Assembly (NCBI GenBank): GCA_947628695.1
Contig: CANRAV010000009.1
Coordinates: forward strand, 8,551-72,550
DNA from: an uncultured Clostridia bacterium
GTDB lineage: Bacteria; Bacillota; Clostridia; Oscillospirales; CAG-382
Reading direction: 5' to 3'
DNA: 64,000 nucleotides
Within the stretch, counting starts at the first letter, position 1. Each line of letters begins with the position of its first letter. Below the pieces are notes generated by a model. The model did not search any database and was not told where the DNA came from. It saw only the letters and a program-made list of their open reading frames with translations. This document shows, in pieces, positions 17,177 through 27,887 of the stretch. The position numbers and the translations under genes were made by a program.

Positions 17177-17683
17177 TCAGCCCATTATGTCGCTTGCGCT
17201 TTTGCCGCGCTTAAGAGCAACTTCTTCAACTGTGGTAAGTGATTTAAGTGCCTCAAAGGTCGCCTTCGACACGTTGCAAGGGTTGTTGGAACGAAGCGAC
17301 TTTGCACGTATATCCCTTATGCCGGCAGCGTCGAGAACCGCACGCATAGTGCCGCCGGCTATGATGCCGGTACCGGGAGCGGCAGGCTTGAGAAGAACCC
17401 TGCCTGCGCAGTACTCGCCGATTATCTCGTGAGGTATCGTCGTGCCGTTAAGGCTTACCTTAACTATGTTGCGCTTAGCAGCCTCTATGGCCTTCCTTAT
17501 CGCGTCCGGAACCTCGGCGCTTTTGCCGCTGCCCACGCCAACGTGGCCGTTGCCGTCACCAACGACAACAAGTGCGGAAAACCTTCTTATACGGCCGCCT
17601 TTAACAGTCTTGGATACGCTTTTGGTGTTGATAAGCGTTTCCTTAAGCTCACCAAGCTGTGTGTAATCAACTTTCTGTGCCAT
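17177..17683 (-). CDS. rpsE: 30S ribosomal protein S5
   Basis: ...[43 protein letters not shown]... Confidence 0.97.
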   Translation of the reverse strand: MAQKVDYTQLGELKETLINTKSVSKTVKGGRIRRFSALVVVGDGNGHVGVGSGKSAEVPDAIRKAIEAAKRNIVKVSLNGTTIPHEIIGEYCAGRVLLKPAAPGTGIIAGGTMRAVLDAAGIRDIRAKSLRSNNPCNVSKATFEALKSLTTVEEVALKRGKSASDIMG

Positions 17684-17698
17684 TCGTAATATCCTCCC

Positions 17699-18058
17699 TT
17701 AAAACTTCAAGCCGGCTTCACGTGCGCCGTCGGCAAGCTCCTGCACCCTACCGTGGTAGAGATAGCCGCCTCTGTCGAAAACGACACTTTCAATGCCCTT
17801 TTCAATCGCCTTTTTGCCTATAAGGAGACCCAACTGCCTGGCACCTTCCTTGTTTCCGCCGTTGCCCTCAAAGCCCTTCTCGTTGGAGGCTGCGGCAACA
17901 AGCGTCCTGCCTGTTTCGTCGTCTATTACCTGTGCGCTTATGTTCTTAAGAGAACGGTATACGCAAAGGCGGGGAGTGGAAGCGGTACCGAATATCTTGC
18001 CTCTTACCCTTCTGTGTCTGCGAAGACGCTGCTTATTTTTGTCGGGACGAGTTACCAT
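17699..18058 (-). CDS. rplR: 50S ribosomal protein L18
   Basis: ...[35 protein letters not shown]... Confidence 0.97.
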   Translation of the reverse strand: MVTRPDKNKQRLRRHRRVRGKIFGTASTPRLCVYRSLKNISAQVIDDETGRTLVAAASNEKGFEGNGGNKEGARQLGLLIGKKAIEKGIESVVFDRGGYLYHGRVQELADGAREAGLKF

Positions 18059-18076
18059 ATCTTACACGCTCCTTTC

Positions 18077-18616
18077 TTACTTACCGGCCTTGCCGGCCTT
18101 GCGCCTGATCTTCTCTTCGGTATACTTGATGCCCTTGCCAAGGTACGGCTCCGGCGGGCGCTTTGCCCTTATCTCTGCCGCAAGCTGACCTACTGCCTGC
18201 CTGTCTGCACCGGAAACAACAACCTTATTGGGGGTCGGTGTTTCGATGGTGATGCCGGCGGGAGAATCAAAGTACACGGGATGAGAATAACCGATATTAA
18301 GAACGAGCTTCTTGCCTTCCATAGCGGCCTTGTAGCCGACGCCGTTAATGTCAAGCTCCTTCTTGAAGCTCTCGTGGCAGCCGTTTACCATGTTTGCCGC
18401 AAGGGAACGCGTAAGTCCGTGAAGGGACTTGTGCTCCTTACTGTCGGAGGGGCGCTCTACCGTGAGGACGCCGTTTTCAAGCTTCAACGTCATTGCGGGG
18501 TGAAGCTTCTGCTTAAGCTCGCCCTTCGGGCCCTTAACCTTAAGGACGTTGCCTTCCTCAATAACTACGTCCACACCGGCGGGAATGACAATGGGTTTTT
18601 TACCTATTCTTGACAT
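18077..18616 (-). CDS. rplF: 50S ribosomal protein L6
   Basis: MSRIGKKPIVIPAGVDVVIEEGNVLKVKGPKGEL... Confidence 0.97.
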   Translation of the reverse strand: MSRIGKKPIVIPAGVDVVIEEGNVLKVKGPKGELKQKLHPAMTLKLENGVLTVERPSDSKEHKSLHGLTRSLAANMVNGCHESFKKELDINGVGYKAAMEGKKLVLNIGYSHPVYFDSPAGITIETPTPNKVVVSGADRQAVGQLAAEIRAKRPPEPYLGKGIKYTEEKIRRKAGKAGK

Positions 18617-18629
18617 TTCATTATCCTCC

Positions 18630-19028
18630 TTACCATACGAAGGCGAGAACTTCGCCGCCGATGTTTTCTTTCCTTGCCTGCTTATCGGTCATGATGCCCT
18701 TGCTGGTGGAGAGGATGGCAATGCCGAGGCCGTTGCGAACCTTCGGTATATCCTTGCACGCAGCATAGATCTTAAGGCCGGGCTTGCTTACCCTGCGAAG
18801 GCCCTCTATAATGCGGGTCTTACCCTCGCCATACTTAAGAGTAACCGTTATAACGCCCTGCTTTTCATCATCGGTGACCTTATAATCCTTAATAAAGCCC
18901 TCGTCAAGAAGGATCTGCGCAATGGCCTTCTTAAGGTTAGAGGCGGGTATATCAACTGTTTCGTGTTTTTCGCTGTTCGCGTTTCTGATCCTTGTAAGCA
19001 TATCAGCTACAACGTCTGTCATTTGCAT
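18630..19028 (-). CDS. rpsH: 30S ribosomal protein S8
   Basis: [46 protein letters not shown]... Confidence 0.97.
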   Translation of the reverse strand: MQMTDVVADMLTRIRNANSEKHETVDIPASNLKKAIAQILLDEGFIKDYKVTDDEKQGVITVTLKYGEGKTRIIEGLRRVSKPGLKIYAACKDIPKVRNGLGIAILSTSKGIMTDKQARKENIGGEVLAFVW

Positions 19029-19048
19029 ATTTCTTACCTCCTACCTTA

Positions 19049-19234
19049 TTACCAGCTTGCTTTCTTGACGCCGGGAATCTGACCGCTGTAAGCCAGATTT
19101 CTGAAGCATATACGGCATACCCCGTACTTGCGGAGATATGCGTGCGGACGACCGCAGATCTTGCACCTGTTGTAAGAACGGGTAGAGAACTTAGGCTCCC
19201 TTTGCTGCTTCAATTTCATTGCTGTTTTTGCCAT
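19049..19234 (-). CDS. rpsZ: 30S ribosomal protein S14 type Z (zinc-binding)
   Basis: 61 aa. [22 protein letters not shown] carries CxxC...CxxC. Confidence 0.96.
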   Translation of the reverse strand: MAKTAMKLKQQREPKFSTRSYNRCKICGRPHAYLRKYGVCRICFRNLAYSGQIPGVKKASW

Positions 19235-19248
19235 AATGCTTTACCCCC

Positions 19249-19788
19249 TTACTTTGCGAACGGAGCGCCGAGAAGCGTAAGCAGCTCTCTCGCCTCTTCG
19301 TCTGTATTTGCAGTCGTAACTATAATTATATCCAAGCCCCTGATCTTGTCGATCTTGTCGTACTCGATCTCCGGGAATATAAGCTGCTCCTTAACGCCCA
19401 TAGAGTAGTTGCCTCTGCCGTCAAAGCTGTTGGGGTTTATGCCCTTGAAGTCTCTAACGCGGGGAAGCGCAAGGTTGAAAAGCTTATCCACAAACTCGTA
19501 CATGGTCTCGCCGCGAAGGGTTACCTTTGCGCCGATTTTAACGCCCGCACGAAGCTTGAAGTTTGCAACGGACTTCTTAGCTGTGGTCGGAACGGCCTTC
19601 TGCCCGGTTATGGCGGTAAGGTCGCTTATTATCGCTTCCAAAACCTTGGGGTTGTCCTTGCACTCACCGTCGCCGCAGTTGAGAACGACCTTGGAAAGCT
19701 TGGGGATCTGCATAGGCGTTTTATAACCGAACTTACTCATCAAAGCAGGAGCAACGTCGCTTTTATAAAATTCACAAAGTCTTGACAT
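19249..19788 (-). CDS. rplE: 50S ribosomal protein L5
   Basis: [31 protein letters not shown]... The start at 19788 is preceded by ggaggaag. The track start 12 codons upstream was rejected. Confidence 0.96.
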   Translation of the reverse strand: MSRLCEFYKSDVAPALMSKFGYKTPMQIPKLSKVVLNCGDGECKDNPKVLEAIISDLTAITGQKAVPTTAKKSVANFKLRAGVKIGAKVTLRGETMYEFVDKLFNLALPRVRDFKGINPNSFDGRGNYSMGVKEQLIFPEIEYDKIDKIRGLDIIIVTTANTDEEARELLTLLGAPFAK

Positions 19789-19805
19789 GTATCTTCCTCC
19801 TTTAA

Positions 19806-20135
19806 TTATAAGCTCGAACCGCACTTAACGCAAACACGAACACGCTCGCCGTTTTCGTTAATCTTGTGGTGAACCCTGCGGCCTGCCTTGCACTTATCGC
19901 AGTAAAGCATAACCTTGGAGGCGTAAATAGCGCCCTCTGTCTTGATTATACCGCCTGCCTCGCCCTGCTTCCTCGGCTTTACGTGCTTGGAAACGATGTG
20001 AACGCCTTCAACGATAACCTTGCCTTCCTTGGGGGAAAAGGCAATAACCTTACCGATGGAGGGCTCCTTCATATTTGCATATTTGCCGGATATGACAATG
20101 ACCCTGTCGCCGGTCTTTACATGCATCTTGCTCAT
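19806..20135 (-). CDS. rplX: 50S ribosomal protein L24
   Basis: [19 protein letters not shown]... The start at 20135 is preceded by aaggaggtagcagag. Confidence 0.96.
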   Translation of the reverse strand: MSKMHVKTGDRVIVISGKYANMKEPSIGKVIAFSPKEGKVIVEGVHIVSKHVKPRKQGEAGGIIKTEGAIYASKVMLYCDKCKAGRRVHHKINENGERVRVCVKCGSSL

Positions 20136-20148
20136 CTCTGCTACCTCC

Positions 20149-20517
20149 TTAAACAACTTCCGGTGCCAGAGAGAGTATCTTCATATAATCCTTCTCGCGA
20201 AGCTCTCTTGCAACGGGCCCAAAGATACGCGTACCCCTGGGGTTTTTGTCTTCTTTGATTATAACGGCAGCATTGTCGTCAAATTTTACATAAGAACCGT
20301 CTGCACGGCGTACACCCTTAACTGTCCTGACCACAACGGCTCTGACAACCTCGCCCTTCTTAACGACGCCTCCGGGAGCTGCCTTCTTAACGGAAGCTAC
20401 TATGACGTCGCCAACGCCGGCGTAGCGTCTGCCGGTGCCGCCCAGTACACGGATGCACATTATTTCCTTGGCGCCGGTATTATCGGCAACCTTCAAAAAT
20501 GATTGCTGTTGTACCAT
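20149..20517 (-). CDS. rplN: 50S ribosomal protein L14
   Basis: [27 protein letters not shown]... Confidence 0.97.
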   Translation of the reverse strand: MVQQQSFLKVADNTGAKEIMCIRVLGGTGRRYAGVGDVIVASVKKAAPGGVVKKGEVVRAVVVRTVKGVRRADGSYVKFDDNAAVIIKEDKNPRGTRIFGPVARELREKDYMKILSLAPEVV

Positions 20518-20544
20518 ATATGTGTCCTCCTTTCACTGTGCGGC

Positions 20545-20802
20545 TTATTTGGCCTTCTCAATTATCCTGACAACTCTGAAATACTTGTCCTTGGACAAGG
20601 GGCGGGTTTCCATTATCTCAACGGTGTCACCAACGCCGCATTCATTGTTCTCATCGTGTGCCTTAAAGCGAACGGTACGCTTAACGATTTTGTTGTAAAG
20701 CGGGTGCTTTACGTTGTCGACGATGGCTACGACAACGGTCTTATCCATCTTGTCGCTGACAACCTTGCCAACCCTTGTTTTTCTAAGTGCTCTTTCCATC
20801 AT
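20545..20802 (-). CDS. rpsQ: 30S ribosomal protein S17
   Basis: ...[37 protein letters not shown]... Confidence 0.96.
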   Translation of the reverse strand: MMERALRKTRVGKVVSDKMDKTVVVAIVDNVKHPLYNKIVKRTVRFKAHDENNECGVGDTVEIMETRPLSKDKYFRVVRIIEKAK

Positions 20803-20816
20803 TCATACCCTCCCGA

Positions 20817-21023
20817 TTAGGCTCTGTCAGCCAGTTCCTTCTCGCGAAGGACCGTCATTATACGAGCAATAGTCTTCTTTGTTTCAACTATCTTCATGGG
20901 GTTGTCAAGCTGATTGATGGAGTGCTGAAAACGAAGGTTGAAATAAGCTTCCTTCTGCTCGCGCAGTGCCTTCTCAAGCTCGGAGGCGGACATTTCTCTC
21001 ATTTCTGTTACTTTCATGTTCAT
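20817..21023 (-). CDS. rpmC: 50S ribosomal protein L29
   Basis: ...MREMSASELEKALREQKEAYFNLRFQHSINQLDNP... The exact start Met is ambiguous (MNMKV). Confidence 0.93.
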   Translation of the reverse strand: MNMKVTEMREMSASELEKALREQKEAYFNLRFQHSINQLDNPMKIVETKKTIARIMTVLREKELADRA

Positions 21024-21031
21024 TACCCTCC

Positions 21032-21457
21032 TTATGCTTCCGCCTCAAGGTCGCTCTTGGTGGCGAACTTGCACTTGATGGGAAGCTTGTGAGACGCAAG
21101 ACGCATAGCTTCGCGAGCTACATCCTCTGTAACGCCGTCCATCTCGAACAGTACCCTGCCCGGCTTAACCACCGCAACCCAATACTCGGGCGAGCCTTTA
21201 CCGGAACCCATGCGGGTCTCGGCCGGCTTTTCCGTAACGGGCTTGTCGGGGAATATCTTTATCCAAACACGGCCGCCTCTTTTGATGTAACGCGTCATAG
21301 CGACACGGGCTGCCTCTATCTGGTTGCTCTTTATCCAAGCGGGCTCCAACGCAACAAGGCCGAACTCGCCGTTCGTTATCTTGTTGCCGCGCATAGCTTT
21401 ACCTGTAAGCCTGCCGCGCTGAACCCTCCTGTATTTAACTCTCTTAGGCATTAACAT
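21032..21457 (-). CDS. rplP: 50S ribosomal protein L16
   Basis: [25 protein letters not shown]... Confidence 0.97.
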   Translation of the reverse strand: MLMPKRVKYRRVQRGRLTGKAMRGNKITNGEFGLVALEPAWIKSNQIEAARVAMTRYIKRGGRVWIKIFPDKPVTEKPAETRMGSGKGSPEYWVAVVKPGRVLFEMDGVTEDVAREAMRLASHKLPIKCKFATKSDLEAEA

Positions 21458-21459
21458 GT

Positions 21460-22125
21460 TTATTTGCCTCCTTCCGAAGAGGTACGCTTAACTTCGGGAA
21501 GCACCTCGCCCTTGTAGATCCACACCTTGATGCCGATCTTACCGTAGGTGGTGTTTGCCTCATAGAAGCCATAGTCAATGTCCGCCCTGAGTGTCTGAAG
21601 CGGAATCGTACCCTCGTGATAATGCTCGCACCTTGCGATTTCGGCGCCGCCGAGGCGGCCGCTGACCATTATCTTTATGCCCTTTGCGCCGGCCTTCATG
21701 GCCCTGCCGATGCTTTGCTTCATGGCACGGCGGAAGGAAATTCTCTTCTCAAGCTGAGCCGCTATATTCTCCGCAACAAGCTGAGAATTGGTGTCAACCT
21801 GCTTAACCTCAACAACGCTTATAGCAACGCTGTTGTTGCCGGTGAAGTTCTTTATCTCCGCCTTGAGCTTTTCAAGCTCTGCACCGCCCTTGCCGATTAT
21901 GATACCGGGCTTTGCACAGTGAATGATAACGCGAAGCCTGCTGCCCGAACGCTCTATCTCGATCTTCGGAACGCCTGCCTGCTTTATCTTTTCCTTAAGC
22001 CATTTTCTGAGCTTGTAGTCGGCAACGATAGTATCGCCAAGCTCCTCGTCCTTTACAAACCAGCGGGAGTCCCAGTCCTTGATGACGCCAACGCGCAGTC
22101 CGTGCGGATTAACTTTTTGTCCCAT
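21460..22125 (-). CDS. rpsC: 30S ribosomal protein S3
   Basis: [23 protein letters not shown]... Confidence 0.97.
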   Translation of the reverse strand: MGQKVNPHGLRVGVIKDWDSRWFVKDEELGDTIVADYKLRKWLKEKIKQAGVPKIEIERSGSRLRVIIHCAKPGIIIGKGGAELEKLKAEIKNFTGNNSVAISVVEVKQVDTNSQLVAENIAAQLEKRISFRRAMKQSIGRAMKAGAKGIKIMVSGRLGGAEIARCEHYHEGTIPLQTLRADIDYGFYEANTTYGKIGIKVWIYKGEVLPEVKRTSSEGGK

Positions 22126-22138
22126 ACTCTGCTGCCTC

Positions 22139-22489
22139 CTATTCCTTTTCCTTAAGCACGATAGTGATGTGAGAAGTACGCTTAACTATCCTTGCCGCGC
22201 CGCCGCGTGCCCTGGGCATAACCCTTTTCATGCCCTTAAGCTTGCCGGGGGTAACGAAGCAGGACGCAACGTAAAGCTTTTCAACGTCCATACCGTGATT
22301 GTTTTCTGCGTTTGCCACTGCCGACTGCAAAAGCTTGGATATGCTTTCACAGGCTATCTTATTGGTAGTCTTCAGTATACCTGCGGCAGCCGCAACGTCC
22401 TTGCCTCTGATGAGGTCAAGCACTATCTGCACCTTACGGGGAGACATACGCAACTGTCTGAGATATGCTTTTGCTGCTCTTTCTTCCAT
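22139..22489 (-). CDS. rplV: 50S ribosomal protein L22
   Basis: [30 protein letters not shown]... The start at 22489 is preceded by gggaaaggag. Confidence 0.96.
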   Translation of the reverse strand: MEERAAKAYLRQLRMSPRKVQIVLDLIRGKDVAAAAGILKTTNKIACESISKLLQSAVANAENNHGMDVEKLYVASCFVTPGKLKGMKRVMPRARGGAARIVKRTSHITIVLKEKE

Positions 22490-22509
22490 GTTGTATCTCC
22501 TTTCCCGCA

Positions 22510-22791
22510 TTACTTACCGTTGTTAGAGGTCTTGGAGCCTGCATGACCTCTAAAGGTACGTGTGGGTGCAAACTCGCCGAGTTTATGACCGACCATGTCT
22601 TCTACCACGTAAACCGGGACATGGGTCTTGCCGTTGTGTACGGCTATCGTATGGCCTACAAATTCGGGGAATATCGTAGAGGAACGAGACCACGTCTTCA
22701 AAACACGCTTTTCGCCCTTCTTGTTCATATCGCAAATGCGGCTATACAATTTAGCTTCTACAAACGGTCCCTTTTTAACACTTCTGCTCAT
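22510..22791 (-). CDS. rpsS: 30S ribosomal protein S19
   Basis: [19 protein letters not shown]...[10 protein letters not shown]... Confidence 0.97.
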   Translation of the reverse strand: MSRSVKKGPFVEAKLYSRICDMNKKGEKRVLKTWSRSSTIFPEFVGHTIAVHNGKTHVPVYVVEDMVGHKLGEFAPTRTFRGHAGSKTSNNGK

Positions 22792-22803
22792 AATCGTCCC
22801 TCC

Positions 22804-23634
22804 TTACTTGTCATTCCTGCGCTTGACTATGAACTTGTTGGTGCGAGCCTTCTTGCTCCTCGTCTTATAGCCGAGAGTGGGCTTGCCCCAAGGTGTGACA
22901 GGAGAAGGTCTGCCTATCGGGGAACGACCTTCACCACCGCCGTGCGGGTGGTCACAGGGGTTCATGACGGAGCCGCGTACCGTAGGCCTGATGCCAAGGT
23001 GGCGGGTTTTGCCTGCCTTGCCCAGCTTTATATTCTCGTGTTCGAGATTGCCGACCTGACCTATGGTTGCAATGCAGTTCAAGCGAACGTATCTAACCTC
23101 GCCGGAAGGAAGCCTTACCTGCGCCATGCCGTTTTCCTTAGCCATAAGCTGTGCGGCGCTGCCGGCGCTCCTCACAAGCTGAGCACCCCTGCCGGGATAA
23201 AGCTCTATATTGTGAATAAAGGTGCCGACCGGTATGGAAGATATCGGAAGCGTGTTGCCGGGCTTAATGTCCGCAGACGCGCCGCTGTAAAGCACATCGC
23301 CCACCTTAACGCCGTTCGGAGCTATGATATAGCTTTTCTTGCCGTTCTCGTCCGCAAGAAGTGCGATATACGCGGTACGGTTGGGGTCGTACTCTATTGC
23401 GGTAACGGTGTTTGCAAGCTCGGACTGACGCTTAAAGTCTATAATCCTGTACTTCTTCTTGTTGCCGCCGCCGCGGTGACGAACGGTTATCCTGCCGGTG
23501 TTGTTCCTGCCCGAATTCTTCTTGATAACGGTAACAAGGCTTCTTTCGGGGGTCTTCTTGGTTATCTCTTCAAACGAAGGGGTAGCCATGTTTCTTCTCG
23601 ACGGAGTTGTTGGTTTATATGTCTTTGTTGCCAT
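22804..23634 (-). CDS. rplB: 50S ribosomal protein L2
   Basis: [16 protein letters not shown]...[22 protein letters not shown]... Confidence 0.98.
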   Translation of the reverse strand: MATKTYKPTTPSRRNMATPSFEEITKKTPERSLVTVIKKNSGRNNTGRITVRHRGGGNKKKYRIIDFKRQSELANTVTAIEYDPNRTAYIALLADENGKKSYIIAPNGVKVGDVLYSGASADIKPGNTLPISSIPVGTFIHNIELYPGRGAQLVRSAGSAAQLMAKENGMAQVRLPSGEVRYVRLNCIATIGQVGNLEHENIKLGKAGKTRHLGIRPTVRGSVMNPCDHPHGGGEGRSPIGRPSPVTPWGKPTLGYKTRSKKARTNKFIVKRRNDK

Positions 23635-23653
23635 CTTCTATAACTCCTTTCGA

Positions 23654-23947
23654 TTACATAAGGCTGTCAAAGAACTCTATGGTCTTTGAATCAGCGGTAA
23701 GCTTAACAAAAGCCTTTTTCCAGGCGGAAGTCTTGCCGTAATTGTAGCCAAGCCTTTTTGCCTTTGCTCTGCAGTTGATGGTGGTGACCTTGTCAACCTG
23801 AACCTTGAATATCTCTTCAACCGCTGCCTTTATCTCTTTCTTATTAGCGTCAACCGCGACCTTGAAGGTGTACTTCTTGTGCTGCATATCGGCTATGGAA
23901 GCCTCGGTTATAACAGGCTTCAATATAATGTCGTAGCAAGTTTTCAT
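23654..23947 (-). CDS. rplW: 50S ribosomal protein L23
   Basis: ...YDIILKPVITEASIADMQHKKYTFKVAVDANKKEIKAAVEEIF... Confidence 0.96.
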   Translation of the reverse strand: MKTCYDIILKPVITEASIADMQHKKYTFKVAVDANKKEIKAAVEEIFKVQVDKVTTINCRAKAKRLGYNYGKTSAWKKAFVKLTADSKTIEFFDSLM

Positions 23948-24571
23948 TTAAGCGTAGACCTCCTCTAACTTAGCAACGGCCTCTTTAGCTATAACAAGCT
24001 TGTCACAGTTAAGAATGTCGTAAACGTTTATAGTGTTTACGGGTGTTGCCTTTACGCCGGGGATGTTGCCCGCAGAGCGGTAAACAACCTTGTCTGATTC
24101 AGCAGTAACAATAAGAGCCTTGCCTGTCGCCTTAACCGCAGAGAGGAAGTTTACAACGGCCTTCGTCTTGTATTCGTCCAGCGCGATATTGTCAACGACA
24201 ATCAGTTCGCCGGCGGCTACCTTGGACGAAAGCGCGCTTCTCATAGCGACCTTCTTAACCTTCTTGTTTATGCTGACCTTGTAAAGCCTGGGCTTCGGGC
24301 CGAGGGCTATACCGCCGTGCGTCCACTGAGGGGAACGCGTGCTGCCCTGCCTTGCCCTGCCGGTGCCCTTCTGCCTCCACGGCTTCTTGCCGCCGCCGGA
24401 AACCTCGCTCCTAGTGAGCGTTGACTGCGTGCCCTGTCTCTGATTAAGGAGATATGCCCTTACTACAGAGTGAAGCACGGCGCCGTTAACCTCAGCACCG
24501 AAAACAGCGTCGGAAAGCTCTATCTCGCCGCAGCTGCTGCCCTGCATGTTTAAAATGTTTAGTTTAGGCAT
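23948..24571 (-). CDS. rplD: 50S ribosomal protein L4
   Basis: ...GGGKKPWRQKGTGRARQGSTRSPQWTHGG... Confidence 0.97.
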   Translation of the reverse strand: MPKLNILNMQGSSCGEIELSDAVFGAEVNGAVLHSVVRAYLLNQRQGTQSTLTRSEVSGGGKKPWRQKGTGRARQGSTRSPQWTHGGIALGPKPRLYKVSINKKVKKVAMRSALSSKVAAGELIVVDNIALDEYKTKAVVNFLSAVKATGKALIVTAESDKVVYRSAGNIPGVKATPVNTINVYDILNCDKLVIAKEAVAKLEEVYA

Positions 24572-24583
24572 GTTCTTTCCTCC

Positions 24584-25213
24584 TTATTTAACCGTATTGC
24601 GAAGGTAAACTATACCGCCGCGTGAACCGGGCACCGCGCCCTTTACGGCTATCAGATTCTTCTCTTTGTCAATCTTCACTATGTCAAGATTGAGAGTAGT
24701 AACGCGCTCGTTACCGTACTGACCTGCCATCTTCTTGTTCTTCATGACCTTAGAGGGGTCGCTGTTTGCGCCCATAGAGCCGACCTGACGGTGAACCGGG
24801 CCGGTACCGTGGGACATCCTAAGCCTGTGGCTGCCCCATCTCTTGATAACGCCGGAGAACCCGCGGCCCTTTGTGGTGCCTGTCACGTCAACCCTCTCGC
24901 CAACCTCGAACGTGTCGGCCTTTACAACGTCGCCTACGTTGAGGGAAGCGCAGTCATCAAGCCTGAACTCCTTCAAATACCTCTTGTATGCCACGCCCGC
25001 CTTAGCGAAATGGCCCTTCAGAGGCTTGCCCAGCCTGCTTTCCTTAACCTCGGAAAAGCCAAGCTGAACCGCTTCGTAACCGTCCTTCTCGATGGTCTTC
25101 TTCTGGACCACCACGCACGGTCCGGCACTGATAACCGTAACCGGTATCACGTTGCCCTTCTCATCAAAGATCTGCGTCATGCCAATCTTTTTGCCGATGA
25201 TGCCTTTTTTCAT
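24584..25213 (-). CDS. rplC: 50S ribosomal protein L3
   Basis: [28 protein letters not shown]... Confidence 0.97.
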   Translation of the reverse strand: MKKGIIGKKIGMTQIFDEKGNVIPVTVISAGPCVVVQKKTIEKDGYEAVQLGFSEVKESRLGKPLKGHFAKAGVAYKRYLKEFRLDDCASLNVGDVVKADTFEVGERVDVTGTTKGRGFSGVIKRWGSHRLRMSHGTGPVHRQVGSMGANSDPSKVMKNKKMAGQYGNERVTTLNLDIVKIDKEKNLIAVKGAVPGSRGGIVYLRNTVK

Positions 25214-25302
25214 TCAATTTCCTCCTTCGGTTATTGGTTGCAAAGCCGTTTCGGCCGCAACATGACCGTTATTTTACGCTTGCGCGCAATTGTCTTGACT
25301 TC

Positions 25303-25614
25303 TTAAAGCTTGATCTCGATATCGACGCCTGCGGGCATCTCTATGTTCATAAGCGCTTCAACAGCCTTCTGAGAGGGCTTTATAATGTCGATAAGGCGCT
25401 TATGCGTCCTGCGTTCGAACTGCTCGCGGCTGTCCTTATACCTGTGAACAGCACGGAGTATCGTGATGATCTCCTTATCGGTGGGAAGCGGTATCGGACC
25501 GGAAACGGAAGCGCCGTTCCTCTTCGCTGTGTCGACAATCCTCTCCGCACACTGGTCGATAAGAGTGTGATCGTAGGACTTAAGACGGATCCTAAGCTTT
25601 TCTTTGTTTGCCAT
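25303..25614 (-). CDS. rpsJ: 30S ribosomal protein S10
   Basis: [45 protein letters not shown]... Confidence 0.97.
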   Translation of the reverse strand: MANKEKLRIRLKSYDHTLIDQCAERIVDTAKRNGASVSGPIPLPTDKEIITILRAVHRYKDSREQFERRTHKRLIDIIKPSQKAVEALMNIEMPAGVDIEIKL

Positions 25615-25798
25615 GTTTTGTGCCTCCTAAATAATATAATGTAGTTTACTTGGTGGCCGGGTCTTAACACGCCCCCGGGCGTTTCACACCACACCCTTAA
25701 AAAAGCGCTTTCCCCATCGCCCGATTGTCGGACATACTCCACGGAAATTACCTGCATGGCGGCAGCAACTTCCCGCTTCATCGCACTCAAGCCTTCTA

Positions 25799-25827
25799 AG
25801 TATACCAAAACATTGCCTTAAATGCAA
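25799..25827 (-). promoter_or_regulatory. Sigma-70-type promoter of the S10-spc-alpha supercluster
   Basis: Minus strand TTGCAT (25827-25822), 17-nt spacer, TATACT (25804-25799). It would give a ~180-nt leader before the rpsJ ATG. Confidence 0.5.
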
Positions 25828-25908
25828 TACTTTTCCTCAAAAAAGATGCGTGTTTCGGTAGGAAAAATTGTAAATATTTTGTGAACTCGTGCCGTTTTCC
25901 GCAGGGGC

Positions 25909-25937
25909 TTGCAAAAGCCTTCGCTTTGTGTTATAAT
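25909..25937 (+). promoter_or_regulatory. Sigma-70-type promoter of the phosphosugar mutase gene
   Basis: TTGCAA (25909-25914), 17-nt spacer, TATAAT (25932-25937). The RBS aaggaagg precedes the ATG at 25971. Confidence 0.6.
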
Positions 25938-25970
25938 TGCCGTAGCGTATATAAAAGGAAGGTTTTACCA

Positions 25971-27689
25971 ATGCTTGAAATGTATCAAAAGTGGCTTTCG
26001 TCGCCGTATGTTGACGAGGATACTAAGGAAGAGCTTCGCACCATAGAGGGGAATGAGGAGGAGATAACGGCACGCTTCGGCGTACCGCTGGAGTTCGGCA
26101 CGGCCGGGCTGCGCAGCATTATGACTGCGGGCACGGGGAGAATGAACGTTTACACCGTTGCTCACACGACCGCAGGGCTTGCGAAGCTTATACTTGACAA
26201 GGGCGGTCAAGAGAGCGGCGTTGCCGTGGCATATGACAGCCGCATAAACTCTGTTGAGTTTGCAAAGGCTGCAAGCGAGGTGCTTGCGGCAAACGGAATA
26301 AAGGTGTACTATTTCGAAAGCCTCAGGCCTACGCCGGAGCTTTCGTTTACGATACTGCACCTCAACTGCATAGCGGGCATCAACATCACAGCGTCCCACA
26401 ACTCCAAGGAGTACAACGGCTACAAGGTGTACTGGGAGGACGGTGCGCAGCTTCCGCCCGACCACGCGGCTGCTGTTTCCGCTGCGGTGGCTGAGACCGA
26501 CATCTTCGAGGGCGTTAAGAGAATGTCCTTTGACAAGGCGGTTGACGCAGGCATTATCAACATAATAGGAAGCGAAGTGGACGAGGCGTATCTTTCCGCC
26601 GTGCTTGCGTGCAGGGTATGTCCCGACGCAACCGAAAAATTCGGTGACAGCCTTAACGTAATCTACACCCCGCTTCACGGTGCGGGATATAAGCTTGTGC
26701 CGGAGGTGCTGAAGCGTGCGGGGATAAGCAACCTTCGCATAGTTCCCACGCAGGCCGTTCCGGACGGAAACTTCCCTTCCGTCAAATCCCCTAACCCGGA
26801 GAACAAAGAGTGCTTTGCGGACGGCATAGACCTTGCGCTTTCCGGCGGAGGGGACTGCGACCTTATCCTTGCGACCGACCCGGACAGCGACCGTGTGGGC
26901 ATAGTTGCGAAGGACGCAAGCGGGCTTTTCGTGCCGTTTTCCGGCAACCAGGTAGGGGCTTTGCTTGTCGAATACGTGATAAACGGCAGGAAGGAAAAGG
27001 GCACGATGCCCAAGAACCCCTGCGCTATAAAAAGCATCGTGTCAAGCGCGATGTATGACGCTGTCTGCCTTGCAAACGGCGTCGGCTGCGTAAGCGTGCT
27101 TACAGGCTTTAAGTTCATTGGCGAAAAGATAAAAGAGTTTCTTGAAACCGGGAAGCACAGCTTTATCTTCGGATACGAAGAAAGCTACGGCTATCTGCCG
27201 GGCACCTATGCAAGGGACAAGGACGCAGTTGCAACGTCCATGCTTATTGCGGAGATGGCTTCCTATTACAAGGGACAGGGAAAGACGCTTTACGGCGTGC
27301 TTGCCGAGATGTACGAAAAGTACGGCTACTACAAAGAGCTTACGGTAAGCAGCGTTGTCACGGGAATCGACCCCATGAAGACCATGCGGGAAAAGATGGC
27401 TTCCCTGCGGGCGGAGGCTTTGACGGAGATAAACGGCACAAAGGTGCTTCGCATACGCGACTACAAGAGCGGTGAGATAACCGACCTTGGCGACCATTCC
27501 GTTTCGTCAACGGGCTTGCCCGTCTCCGACGTGCTTTACTACGAGCTTGCCGACGGCAGCACGTATATAATACGCCCCTCCGGGACGGAGCCGAAGATAA
27601 AGGTCTACGTGCTTGCCAAGGGTGAGAGCATGGCGGATGTCGACGCGAAGCTTCATAGCTTCGGGCAGTTTACGAAGACTCTTTTCTAA
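25971..27689 (+). CDS. Phospho-sugar mutase (phosphoglucomutase/phosphomannomutase family, PgcA-like)
   Basis: MLEMYQKWLSSPYVDEDTKEEL...FGTAGLR...GINITASHNSKEYNGYKVY (active-site Ser loop)...ATDPDSDR. The track start at 25881 lies upstream of the predicted promoter and was rejected. Confidence 0.9.
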   Translation: MLEMYQKWLSSPYVDEDTKEELRTIEGNEEEITARFGVPLEFGTAGLRSIMTAGTGRMNVYTVAHTTAGLAKLILDKGGQESGVAVAYDSRINSVEFAKAASEVLAANGIKVYYFESLRPTPELSFTILHLNCIAGINITASHNSKEYNGYKVYWEDGAQLPPDHAAAVSAAVAETDIFEGVKRMSFDKAVDAGIINIIGSEVDEAYLSAVLACRVCPDATEKFGDSLNVIYTPLHGAGYKLVPEVLKRAGISNLRIVPTQAVPDGNFPSVKSPNPENKECFADGIDLALSGGGDCDLILATDPDSDRVGIVAKDASGLFVPFSGNQVGALLVEYVINGRKEKGTMPKNPCAIKSIVSSAMYDAVCLANGVGCVSVLTGFKFIGEKIKEFLETGKHSFIFGYEESYGYLPGTYARDKDAVATSMLIAEMASYYKGQGKTLYGVLAEMYEKYGYYKELTVSSVVTGIDPMKTMREKMASLRAEALTEINGTKVLRIRDYKSGEITDLGDHSVSSTGLPVSDVLYYELADGSTYIIRPSGTEPKIKVYVLAKGESMADVDAKLHSFGQFTKTLF

Positions 27690-27743
27690 TCGGCTGCAGA
27701 GAGAAAAATCCGTACAAAAACGCATTTTTTTGCGGAAATATTT

Positions 27744-27783
27744 AAAAAGCAATGCTTTTTTTAAGAAAGGCATTGCTTTTTTT
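27744..27783 (+). terminator. Intrinsic terminator after the mutase gene
   Basis: aaaaagcaatgc...gcattgcttttt are 12-bp arms, followed by further T residues. Confidence 0.6.
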
Positions 27784-27887
27784 CACAAAATGCGGTATAA
27801 GAGTAAATAAGCAATTAGGATGTATTGAATTTGACTGCTTAAGCCGTCCCGAATACCGGGCGACGAAAAAAAGTGGGAGGTGAAGCT

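Noticed and set aside
22465-23643. 392-aa plus-strand ORF. Similar long plus-strand ORFs occur at 10548-11564, 17753-18613, 18549-19082 and 21616-22155.
   Set aside because: All are antisense to unmistakable ribosomal protein or rpoA genes. They have no RBS context and no motifs.
25881-25970. 30-codon N-terminal extension of the phosphosugar mutase ORF. The same issue arises at 36404-36493 (folD), 37296-37412 (lgt), 53106-53252 (LRR lipoprotein), 6876-7013 (ribU), 4316-4435 (CBS protein) and 13834-13944 (KOW protein).
   Set aside because: The extensions run through predicted promoters, the riboswitch or neighbouring genes, and they encode atypical R/C-rich sequence. In each case an internal Met preceded by a good Shine-Dalgarno sequence matches the conserved family N-terminus.
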